A DNA stretch of 64,000 bases from Candidatus Gygaella obscura (lineage in GTDB: Bacteria; Omnitrophota; Gorgyraeia; Gygaellales; Gygaellaceae). Location: positions 4,653 to 68,652 of the forward strand of contig JAVCCR010000003.1 of NCBI GenBank assembly GCA_030765485.1. The letters run 5' to 3'. Positions 25,546 through 33,875 of this stretch are shown here, one piece after another (position 1 is the stretch's first letter; every line of letters begins with the position of its first letter). Both the position numbers and the translations under genes were made by a program. Under the pieces are notes generated by a model, which saw only the letters and a list, made by a program, of their open reading frames with translations, was not told the DNA's origin and did no database searches.

Positions 25546-27009
25546 ATGATGAAACTATTATTTTTAAATCCGCCAATCGGTTCATGGGTTTATTGGGGTA
25601 AACATAGAGCTATTAATGTTGCCCATGCTCAACTTACTGCTTGTATCAGAGAGTGGGTTAAAGAAGTAGATATTTCAGTTATTGACTGTCGTGCTTCGGA
25701 ATTGAAAGAAGAACAGATGATAGATAAAATTAAACAGATTTCACCCGATGTTATCTATATGGGCGATGCTTATCAGATGACTGGGACTGTTGCCATATTG
25801 CCGCTTTATCAAAAGGCTGCAAAACTTATTAAGAAGAACTTTCCCAATGTAAAAATCTGCGTAGGAGGTTTTTATATTGCAGCAAATTATGCAGAAATCT
25901 CAAAAGAAAGCCCTGATTTTGATTTTATTATTTCCGGAGAAGTAGACCTGACCTTGACCGAGCTAATACAGGCTTTAAAGAATAACGAGAAAGATTTTTC
26001 TAAAATCAAAGGCCTGCTTTATCGGGATAACGGTTCTTTTAAGACAAACGAGTACCGTGAGCTGATTAAAGATTTGGATACGCTTCCTATGCCGGCGTAT
26101 GATTTGTTTCCGATGGATAAATATATTGGTTATGGTTCAATGCCGTTTTATCAGGAGATTTTTACTGCCAGAGGCTGTCCTTTTGGCTGCGGCATGTGTA
26201 TAGATTGGGTTATAGTTGACCCAAGAGGTAACTGCGACTGGCAGCAGCATAGGTTTAAGTCTGCAGCCAGAGTCGTAGATGAGATGGAGCTACTTTTAAC
26301 TAAATACGGCAAAAAATATATCCATATATTCGATTTGAATTTTAACCCTGTTAGACGGCGCGTGGAAGAGTTCTTAAAAGAAATGCAGAAGAGAAAACTT
26401 CCCATAAAATATGCCTTTTTAGGCAATGCCCATTCCTTTGTTAGAGATAAGGATTTACTGAAAGATTTACGCGATACAGGGTTTGTCTGCGGTATATTCG
26501 GTCTTGAAGTGGAAGATGCTGAGACTCTGAAGAAAATCAAAAAAGGCATTACGGTGCAAAACGTGCATGAGGTTACCCAGTTATTTAGGGAATTAGGGAT
26601 TATGTCTACGATTACCTGGATGATTGGTTTTCCTGATGATGATGAAACTAAGATAAAAAGGCGTTTTGCAGTCTTAGATGAGATTGATCCTGATGTCTCA
26701 TCGCTTCAAATGATGCTTCCTGTTCCGGGTATACCTTTGTACGATGAATTTTCTCCATACGTGGAAGAGCATGATTTGATGAAGTGGGATTTTCATCATC
26801 CTATAGTTAGGACCAAGCATCTTACGCGCCAGCAGTTGGGTCAGTTAGCCGAATGGGCAAACAGAGAGTTTTACACTAAGAAAAACCGTATTCAGCGCAT
26901 CTTGGAAAGCAAGACCTTACATGAATATCCTAAGAATATATTCAAAAGTTATATGTTTAACTTAGAGAAATTCGCTAACGCAGCAACTAAAGAAGAGATT
27001 ATTATTTGA
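25546..27009 (+). CDS. Cobalamin (B12)-binding radical SAM enzyme
   Basis: 487 aa. N-terminal Rossmann-like B12-binding domain (…VIYMGDAYQMTGT…ICVGGFY…), then the radical SAM cluster motif CPFGCGMC (CxxxCxxC), then a C-terminal extension of the DUF4070 type. Confidence 0.8.
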   Translation: MMKLLFLNPPIGSWVYWGKHRAINVAHAQLTACIREWVKEVDISVIDCRASELKEEQMIDKIKQISPDVIYMGDAYQMTGTVAILPLYQKAAKLIKKNFPNVKICVGGFYIAANYAEISKESPDFDFIISGEVDLTLTELIQALKNNEKDFSKIKGLLYRDNGSFKTNEYRELIKDLDTLPMPAYDLFPMDKYIGYGSMPFYQEIFTARGCPFGCGMCIDWVIVDPRGNCDWQQHRFKSAARVVDEMELLLTKYGKKYIHIFDLNFNPVRRRVEEFLKEMQKRKLPIKYAFLGNAHSFVRDKDLLKDLRDTGFVCGIFGLEVEDAETLKKIKKGITVQNVHEVTQLFRELGIMSTITWMIGFPDDDETKIKRRFAVLDEIDPDVSSLQMMLPVPGIPLYDEFSPYVEEHDLMKWDFHHPIVRTKHLTRQQLGQLAEWANREFYTKKNRIQRILESKTLHEYPKNIFKSYMFNLEKFANAATKEEIII

Positions 27010-27028
27010 TTTTAAGAAAGTTACGCAT

Positions 27029-27520
27029 TTGAAAATCGATAATTTAAAAGAATCCATATTGGTTTGGGGCACATTATCCGATGAGGCGCTTATGTATTTA
27101 AAACAGCCCCAGAAAGATAACGCCTTAAACGTTATCGTTGCTGAGAATAGGCCATTTCTTTTAGGGATAAAATATAATGTCCTTAAGCTAAACAAGGAAA
27201 ATATTCCTTTTGTGTATTGTACGGATAACATGCTGGGGTTTTTATTTTATAGAAAGAAAATCTCTCAGGTGGTTATCTGCTATAAGAAAAAAGAAAAAAA
27301 GTCTCTGTTGGCAGATTCAGGAAGTCTTTTTGCTGTATTATTAGCAAAATTGCACAATGTAAAAGTTAGAGCTTTCCCGCAGGGAAATTTGGATTATTCA
27401 ACTTTAGATAAAAACAGCGCCACGCTTGATGGTAAAGCAATGCTTTTAGATGAGGATAAAGACTTTGTACAAGAAACAAAGGATGAATTAATAAAAGAGG
27501 AGTTTTATGAACATAACTGA
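27029..27520 (+). CDS. Degenerate MtnA/eIF2B-family paralog (C-terminal-half fragment lacking the GADR catalytic segment); possible pseudo-enzyme or gene remnant
   Basis: 163 aa with a TTG start. Retains family-like segments (…VAENRPFLLG…IPFVYCTDNMLGFLF…VVICYKK…LFAVLLAKLHNVKV.AF), but the GADR…NKIGTY core is replaced. Confidence 0.4.
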   Translation: MKIDNLKESILVWGTLSDEALMYLKQPQKDNALNVIVAENRPFLLGIKYNVLKLNKENIPFVYCTDNMLGFLFYRKKISQVVICYKKKEKKSLLADSGSLFAVLLAKLHNVKVRAFPQGNLDYSTLDKNSATLDGKAMLLDEDKDFVQETKDELIKEEFYEHN

Positions 27521-28496
27521 GCTTAAGAAACAGATAATCTATTGGGCTAGGCTTTTAAACGAGAGAGGTTTTGTTACAGCAAGAAGCGGTAATATTTCCT
27601 GTAGGTTAGAGGATAAGATTCTTATGACTAGTCACGATTCTTATTTAGGACAGTTAGAAGAGGATGAGATTGTTTTACTGGATTCAAAAGGAGCGATTAT
27701 AGAAGGAGAAAAAGAACCCACCAGCGAAAAGCCGCTTCATCTGGGGATTATGGAACATATTGATGAGGCAAAAGTGATTATACACGCACACAGCCCATTT
27801 ACCACTGCGTATTTTCATTATTTTAAAAAACTGGATATTTTTTCTTTTGAGGCTAAGTTTTATTTAGGAGAGATTAAGGTTATTCCGCAGTCTGGGCCTA
27901 CGGTTACAGATATAAATCCGGTAATTGAAGAGTTGATGAATAATAATATTGTTGTTTTAGGCAATCACGGCGTAGTTGCAATCGGTAAGGATTTTAAAAG
28001 TGCATTTAGTTTGGTCGAGCTTCTAGAAGAACAGTCCAAGATAAATTTGATGTTTTCTGGCAAGACTAAGGATTCTCCTTGCGTTGAAGAAGATAAACAA
28101 CAGATAGAGCATGTAGAAAAATCCTATTTCATGTTTTCACAGGAGCATATTCAAACAATAAAAGATATTATAAATAATGATACGCAGGCACAAGAGTTGG
28201 GTAAAAAGCATGATTTGACTTGTTCGCTTTGTGTTAAGGATATTGATGCCAAACAAGCAGTTTGTTTTTATTACCAGCAAGGCAAAATTACTAATACTGA
28301 TAATAATCCAGAAGCCGAATTTATTATTGCCGGTTCAACAGACATATTAAAGAAGATCTTTAACTGTAAAATTGACCCCTTTGTAGCTGTTACACAAGGT
28401 AAAGTTAAAACCAAAGGTGATATTAATAAAATCAGCCAATGGTATCCGGCACTTACTAGGACATTTAAACTTTGGGAACAGGTAAAAGTGGTTTAG
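27507..28496 (+). CDS. Class II aldolase/adducin-domain protein (Ald2/MtnB-like) fused to a C-terminal SCP2-like lipid-binding domain
   Basis: The N-terminal ~200 aa show the class II aldolase pattern (…VTARSGNIS…, Zn ligands in IIHAHSP…, …GNHGVVAIG). The C-terminal ~110 aa resemble SCP2 (…FIIAGSTDILKKIF.CKIDPFVAVTQGKVKTKGDINKI…). Overlaps the upstream ORF by 14 nt. Confidence 0.7.
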   Translation: MNITELKKQIIYWARLLNERGFVTARSGNISCRLEDKILMTSHDSYLGQLEEDEIVLLDSKGAIIEGEKEPTSEKPLHLGIMEHIDEAKVIIHAHSPFTTAYFHYFKKLDIFSFEAKFYLGEIKVIPQSGPTVTDINPVIEELMNNNIVVLGNHGVVAIGKDFKSAFSLVELLEEQSKINLMFSGKTKDSPCVEEDKQQIEHVEKSYFMFSQEHIQTIKDIINNDTQAQELGKKHDLTCSLCVKDIDAKQAVCFYYQQGKITNTDNNPEAEFIIAGSTDILKKIFNCKIDPFVAVTQGKVKTKGDINKISQWYPALTRTFKLWEQVKVV

Positions 28497-28540
28497 CGGT
28501 ATTTTAAGATTAATTTATTTACTGCAGGAATATATAAATA

Positions 28541-30892
28541 ATGAAAATTCTCGCCATAAGGTTTGCCCGGTTTATTATTAAATTCAGGCTTGTTTTTTTG
28601 GTTGCTTTTACTCTTATTTCAATATTTTTTTTTCAGGTTATAAAAGATATTACGTTTCAGACTGATATCGATGATTTTTATCCGCAGAAGCATCCCTTTG
28701 TTACTGTTCAGAATAAGCTCACCCAGGTTTTTGGTGGGATAAATCAGGTTTCCATTGCCCTAAAAGTAAAAGAAGGCGATATCTTAAATAGTGATACGCT
28801 TGAGAAGGTAATCCGTATTACCAATGAGCTGTATCTTATGGATGGGATAAACCTCGGACGGGTTACTTCTTTATCTGCCCGTAAGATAAAACACATCAAG
28901 GCAACAGAAGACGGGTTTTCCATTGACCGCGTATTAAGACAAGTGCCAAAAGATGAGCTGGAGATGATGGCATTACGAGATAGGATTGTTTTAAGTCCCA
29001 ATGTCTATATCCGTATGGTTTCGCAGGATTTTCAAAGTACGCTTATTCAGGCAGATTTTCAAAAAGGGGTGTCTTCAAAATATATCTTTGATAAGCTGCA
29101 GCAAATAAAACTTCAGGAAGAAAACGCCAATACGCAGATATTTTTAGCCGGTAGACCCATCCTTGAAGGTTGGCTTAATACATATCTGCCTAAGATGTTA
29201 AAGATACTTCTTTTGACTCTTTTGGTGGTTTCACTTATATTGTTTTTTACGTTTCGTTCCAAAAGAGGCGTATTCTTGCCGCTATTAGATTCATCTATGG
29301 CTACATTATGGGGTTTGGGAATGATGAAGCTTTTTGGCTTCAGGCTTGATCCAACAACAATACTGGTTCCATTTTTGATCCTGGCTTTAGGTATCAGCCA
29401 TTCGATTCATTTTATGAAGCATTATTATGAGGAGATGAAGCAAGAAAATAGAAAATCCAAGCATGCTGTACGCAGAACTCTGGAGGTATTATTTGTTCCG
29501 GCAATCACCGCAGTTATTACAGATGGGTTTGGTTTTTTAAGTTTGGCTTTTATTCCTTTAGATACTATTCGCAGTATGGCTCTGGCTGCAGGTTTTGGAA
29601 TTTTTAGCAATTTTCTTACTTCATTTATTTTTACGCCCTGTCTGATTTCTTATATGAAACCTCCCAAGGTGCTTGAGGTAGCCCGCGAAGAAGAACATCT
29701 TTTGATTGATAAACTCTTGTCACGGGTGGCGAATATTTCAACGCATAAGAGAACACGCGTGGTGTTAAGTTTAGTGTTTATATCAATCGTGGCCGTATCT
29801 TTATTTGGAATAAACAAGATTGTCGTTGGAGATAACTCTTTTGGCTCAAGCCATCTTTATCCCAACAGCCCCTATAATAAAAGTGACAAGTTTATAAATG
29901 ATAATTTCGGAGGCACTAATTCCTATTATGTGTTAGTTGACGGCCAAACAGAGGATAGCCTTATTGATTTAGATGCGCTTAAAAAAATCGATTCCCTCCA
30001 GCATTATATACTAAAGAATGTAAAAGAAGCAGGATACGCGGTATCTGTTTCTGATTATGTAAAGGGGTTAAACTTTGCTATGTTTTCCGGTGATAGAAAC
30101 TATTATAGGCTTCCGGAAAAAAGTCAAACCGTTGCTGAATATCTATTTCTTTATGAGATCTCGACTTATCCTGGAGATTTTGAACCAGTGATAACCGCTG
30201 ATTACTCCAAGGCGAATATAAAGTTTGATCTTAAAGACCATAGGCCTTCGACAATAGATAATGTTATTGCTAAGACAAGGCAGTGGATAGATGAGAATAT
30301 GTCTAAAGATGATGTCTTAAAGTTTGAATATGCTGCTGGTGAAATTGGAATGTTGGCGGCAATAAATGATATTATTGCCAAAAGCATAATTCCCAGCATC
30401 ATTTTTATATCAGCTTTAATTTTCGTATATATTTCCTACATATTCGGTTCTGTCAGCGCAGGGTTATTGTTATTGGTGCCGCTACTATTTAGTATTTTAG
30501 TTGTATTCGGGCTTTTTGGTTTAACGGGTATGCCTTTAACAACCGAGACTTTATCTTTAGCAGCATTAAGCGAAGGCCTAGGGATAAATTATGGCATATA
30601 TGTTATCACGCGGCTTTTCCAGGAGGTTAGGCGCAGGAAGCACCCTTCTTATGAAGAGGCATTAAAGGTAACCCTAGTTACATCTGGTAAGGCTGTATTT
30701 TTTAGCGGAATGATTGTTTCAATTGGAATTTTCGTGTGGCTGTTTTCTGATATCCGTCTGCAGGCAAGACTGGGAGTAACTTTAGGAGTTACTTTAATTA
30801 TAAACATGATAGCTGCACTTGTGATTCTACCTTTATTAATATTACTGGTGAAGCCGAAGTTTATTTTTGATATAGAAAAGTTTAAGTATTAA
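28541..30892 (+). CDS. MMPL/RND-superfamily exporter (HpnN-like, sterol-sensing-domain type)
   Basis: 783 aa with two blocks of about six TM helices, each preceded by a soluble periplasmic domain, and an SSD-like block (…FLILALGISHSIHFM…). Confidence 0.75.
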   Translation: MKILAIRFARFIIKFRLVFLVAFTLISIFFFQVIKDITFQTDIDDFYPQKHPFVTVQNKLTQVFGGINQVSIALKVKEGDILNSDTLEKVIRITNELYLMDGINLGRVTSLSARKIKHIKATEDGFSIDRVLRQVPKDELEMMALRDRIVLSPNVYIRMVSQDFQSTLIQADFQKGVSSKYIFDKLQQIKLQEENANTQIFLAGRPILEGWLNTYLPKMLKILLLTLLVVSLILFFTFRSKRGVFLPLLDSSMATLWGLGMMKLFGFRLDPTTILVPFLILALGISHSIHFMKHYYEEMKQENRKSKHAVRRTLEVLFVPAITAVITDGFGFLSLAFIPLDTIRSMALAAGFGIFSNFLTSFIFTPCLISYMKPPKVLEVAREEEHLLIDKLLSRVANISTHKRTRVVLSLVFISIVAVSLFGINKIVVGDNSFGSSHLYPNSPYNKSDKFINDNFGGTNSYYVLVDGQTEDSLIDLDALKKIDSLQHYILKNVKEAGYAVSVSDYVKGLNFAMFSGDRNYYRLPEKSQTVAEYLFLYEISTYPGDFEPVITADYSKANIKFDLKDHRPSTIDNVIAKTRQWIDENMSKDDVLKFEYAAGEIGMLAAINDIIAKSIIPSIIFISALIFVYISYIFGSVSAGLLLLVPLLFSILVVFGLFGLTGMPLTTETLSLAALSEGLGINYGIYVITRLFQEVRRRKHPSYEEALKVTLVTSGKAVFFSGMIVSIGIFVWLFSDIRLQARLGVTLGVTLIINMIAALVILPLLILLVKPKFIFDIEKFKY

Positions 30893-30908
30893 AAAACAGG
30901 AGGGGAGC

Positions 30909-31805
30909 ATGAGGAGTTTGTTGATGAAGAGTTTGTTGTTAGTGTGTTGTGTTTTTGTTTTTGTTGTTAATGGTTTTGCTATGGAGTTTAAGCAGCATGA
31001 GGTTTATAAGATCACTGATGGTATGAACGCAGAAGAAATCATAGGGGTGTCTACTTTTAATAAATATACCAAGTTTGCCTATGATTATGAGTCAACCGGA
31101 TATGTCCACCTGATTGAAAAAAGCGGGGCAAAGAGACAAAGAACTTTTTTACGCCGCAGGATTATTTTGGGGGATAAGTTAGCCAAAATTGATTATAAGG
31201 ATGTTACCAGTTTCACTGCTCCCACATCAGTTAAGGGTTTAGGTATTTTAAGTTGGACCTATATGACCTATGGGCAGGATTCGGATCAGTGGTTATGGAT
31301 CCCATCACTTAAGAAAATTCGTAAGGTTTCAGCTGCTCAAGGTGATGATTCTTTTATGGGTTCAGATTTTACCACAGAAGAAGTCACCACAAGAAAAGTA
31401 GAGGATGAGACCTACAAATTATTAAGGCAAGAAAAGTTCACCGGCTATACATCAAGTTTTAATGGTAAAATCTATTATAAGGATGCAGATTGTTTTGTTA
31501 TAGAGGCAACTCCTGTAAGAGATCCTTGGTATTATTCTAAAAGAATCGTCTGGGTGGAAAAAACTACAGGTGGCGATATCTATGAAGAGATTTATGACGC
31601 TAATGGCAGGAAATATAAATATATCCTTAAAGAATACCAGATTAAAGACGTTAATGGACGCGACTATTCAGTGCAGACGCATCTTGAGGTAGAGGACCTG
31701 CGTTCGAATCACAAGACTGTCATTGAAATAAAGGGTATCAAGTTTGATCAGGGTCTAAAAGAGAGTGACTTTAGTGAAAGAATCCTGCAGAGGTCAAAAT
31801 GGTAA
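30909..31805 (+). CDS. LolA-like outer-membrane lipoprotein-sorting-family protein
   Basis: 298 aa with a signal peptide and a beta-rich body typical of the LolA-like proteins commonly encoded next to MMPL exporters. Confidence 0.55.
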   Translation: MRSLLMKSLLLVCCVFVFVVNGFAMEFKQHEVYKITDGMNAEEIIGVSTFNKYTKFAYDYESTGYVHLIEKSGAKRQRTFLRRRIILGDKLAKIDYKDVTSFTAPTSVKGLGILSWTYMTYGQDSDQWLWIPSLKKIRKVSAAQGDDSFMGSDFTTEEVTTRKVEDETYKLLRQEKFTGYTSSFNGKIYYKDADCFVIEATPVRDPWYYSKRIVWVEKTTGGDIYEEIYDANGRKYKYILKEYQIKDVNGRDYSVQTHLEVEDLRSNHKTVIEIKGIKFDQGLKESDFSERILQRSKW

Positions 31806-31819
31806 TAAAAGGAGTAAGT

Positions 31820-33310
31820 ATGAGGAAGAAAATTGTTTTATTTATAATCTTAGTGTTTGTGGTTTTGGGTGTAACCATGAATAGTTATGCTCAAATGGAT
31901 CAGGCGTTTGTCTATGAAGCATTGCGCAAAGTCTTGCCTTTTGAAAAACTAGAGATGGCCGGGTACTTAAAAAACGAGACATCTCTTAAGATGGCGCATG
32001 GCATGGATGAATTTATGAAGTTTAAGAATATTGTTAACTTGCAGGCTAATTACAATATTAAAGATAATGTTGATTTTTTTACCACGATTAGGTGGTTCCA
32101 TGATGGAGTCTATAGTCTGGAAGAGTCTAGATATACATCGATTGATTCCAAGGAGAAAAATCGGAAACTCAAATTCCCTGAGAAGATGCTTTGGTTAAGG
32201 GATTGCTTTGTGGATATCTATACAGATAGATTGGATATCCGTGCCGGTAAACAGCAGGTTGTCTGGGGTACAGCAGATGGGATCAGAATATTAGATATGA
32301 TCAATCCTTTAGATTACAGCGAGTGGACTTTGCCGAATTACTCTGATATCAGGATTCCTTTATGGATGCTTAATATTGAAGGTGAACTTTTAGCAGACGG
32401 ACATTTGCAGGTTTTATTGATTCCTGATTATCAGGCTAATTATTACGGCCCGGTAGGAGGTCCGTTTACCTTAAGGACGGTGGAATTGGGCGCAAAAAGC
32501 CTTAATGCTTTGCCGCCATTTGTTACTACAACAACAATAAGTGAGCGTCCTAAGCGCAATTTTGAGAATACAAAGCTAGGGCTTCGCTGGCGTAATGTTA
32601 TTGGCGCAGGTTACGCTCAGGGGTTAGAATACACGCTTAATTATTATCACGGTTATGATTTTGCATCTGCAGCCTATACTGCAGTAAAAATTGTTCCCGG
32701 AGGATACTTTAAGTTGACCCGTAGAGCAGAGGGAATTGATGTCTTTGGCGGAACGTTTTCTAAAACTGTTACAAACGGTGCGTTTGGTATTCCTGCACTT
32801 TTTAAGGGTTGGACTGTAAGAGGCGAGTATGCCTGGATTACGCATGGAGCAATGAATTATGGAACTGATGCCAATATCGTAGGTACTGTAGATGTGGATC
32901 AGTTTAATTATGTTTTAGGTTTTGATAAGAATTTTTGGACCAATTGGCTTTTTAGTTTTCAGTTTATCCAGATGAACGCTAAGGAAACTGAGGAGTTCAA
33001 TAAGGATTCCTACGTTTTATTAAATGGCGCTACCCGTGGTTCATTAGGAGATCAGGAAACAACCCTAAGTCTTAAAATTTCAACTGATTTTATGCATGAG
33101 AGAGTCAAGCCGGAAGTTTTAATTCTTCATACGGTCGGCAGTGAGAAATCCGACCGAGATTGGAGGATAAGCCCGAAAGTCAGTTTTGAAATCAATGACC
33201 GCTGGCAAATAGCGGCCGGAGCGCATATCTTTGAGGGAGAGGAACAGCTTTTAAGCGGTCAGTTTGATAAAAACGACCAGGTATTCTTTGAGACAAAGTA
33301 TAGTTTCTAA
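31820..33310 (+). CDS. Putative outer-membrane beta-barrel protein (DUF1302-like)
   Basis: Signal peptide, alternating amphipathic beta pattern rich in aromatics and Gly, and a C-terminal ...YSF. Start placed at the ATG following the AAGGAG SD; the ORF extends to 31799 in frame and overlaps the upstream gene. Confidence 0.45.
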   Translation: MRKKIVLFIILVFVVLGVTMNSYAQMDQAFVYEALRKVLPFEKLEMAGYLKNETSLKMAHGMDEFMKFKNIVNLQANYNIKDNVDFFTTIRWFHDGVYSLEESRYTSIDSKEKNRKLKFPEKMLWLRDCFVDIYTDRLDIRAGKQQVVWGTADGIRILDMINPLDYSEWTLPNYSDIRIPLWMLNIEGELLADGHLQVLLIPDYQANYYGPVGGPFTLRTVELGAKSLNALPPFVTTTTISERPKRNFENTKLGLRWRNVIGAGYAQGLEYTLNYYHGYDFASAAYTAVKIVPGGYFKLTRRAEGIDVFGGTFSKTVTNGAFGIPALFKGWTVRGEYAWITHGAMNYGTDANIVGTVDVDQFNYVLGFDKNFWTNWLFSFQFIQMNAKETEEFNKDSYVLLNGATRGSLGDQETTLSLKISTDFMHERVKPEVLILHTVGSEKSDRDWRISPKVSFEINDRWQIAAGAHIFEGEEQLLSGQFDKNDQVFFETKYSF

Positions 33311-33320
33311 ATAGATAAAC

Positions 33321-33359
33321 AAAAAAAGACCCCGCCTATTAATTTAAGCGGGGTTTTTT
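33321..33359. terminator. Bidirectional rho-independent terminator
   Basis: A7-ACCCCGC-(12 nt loop)-GCGGGGT-T6, sitting between convergent genes that end at 33310 and 33375. Confidence 0.6.
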
Positions 33360-33374
33360 GTTATTCGAGAGTTT

Positions 33375-33764
33375 TTAAATTTTGTTTGAATCTAAGACAG
33401 TGTTAATTTTTTCTGCCAGGCCTTTAAGGTGGTCTCTTTTGCGCAGTTTTACTCTTACGGATTTATCCCCATCAATAAATTTATTTAAATCCTCTTCAAT
33501 ACGAAATAGCGCTCCAAAGGTTCTGTTGGACATAACAATAATAAAATAAACCAGTATTACAAATATAATCATATATCCTGATAGAAACCCCAGGTAAAAA
33601 CTCCTGATGAATTTTACCGGGTCCTTGGTGAAAAAATGAGCGTTGTTAAGCATGCTCCAGAAATACCAGTGGGTTATTCCAGCTGCTAAGATTATCAAGG
33701 CGATAACTATTAAGACATATTTAAGCTGTAGTCCGTTAATGATGTATTTGCTTCTTTTGCTCAT
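33375..33764 (-). CDS. Small 2-TM membrane protein with HAMP-like C-terminal segment (paralog of the 13662-14123 gene)
   Basis: 129 aa with a basic N-terminus, two hydrophobic helices, then …FGALFRIEEDLNKFIDGDK…KLRKRDHLKGLAEKINTVLD, sharing the pattern of ORF 13662..14123. Confidence 0.45.
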   Translation of the reverse strand: MSKRSKYIINGLQLKYVLIVIALIILAAGITHWYFWSMLNNAHFFTKDPVKFIRSFYLGFLSGYMIIFVILVYFIIVMSNRTFGALFRIEEDLNKFIDGDKSVRVKLRKRDHLKGLAEKINTVLDSNKI

Positions 33765-33787
33765 GACTAACTCCTTTTTTAATTATG

Positions 33788-33870
33788 TGCCGAAGGTGGG
33801 AGTTGAACCCACACGAGGTTACCCTCATCGGTTTTTGAGACCGACGTGTATGCCATTCCACCACTTCGGC
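33788..33870 (-). tRNA. tRNA-Leu (anticodon CAA), type II with long variable arm
   Basis: The reverse complement reads GCCGAAGTGGTGGAATGGCATACACGTCGGTCTCAAAAACCGATGAGGGTAACCTCGTGTGGGTTCAACTCCCACCTTCGGCA. It has a 7-bp acceptor stem, a CTCAAAA anticodon loop and a GGTTCAACTCC T-arm, and closely matches E. coli tRNA-Leu(CAA). The CCA end is not encoded. Confidence 0.85.
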
Positions 33871-33875
33871 AAAAC

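Noticed and set aside
30909-30960. Short tandem-like repeat (AGGAGTTTGTTGATGA / AGAGTTTGTTGTTAG…GTGTGTTGTGTTTTTGTTTTTGTTGTT) at the 5' end of the LolA-like gene, a possible slipped-strand or phase-variation tract.
   Set aside because: The repeat is imperfect and encodes an ordinary hydrophobic signal peptide (MRSLLMKSLLLVCCVFVFVV). It has no homopolymeric or exact short-unit run long enough for slippage.
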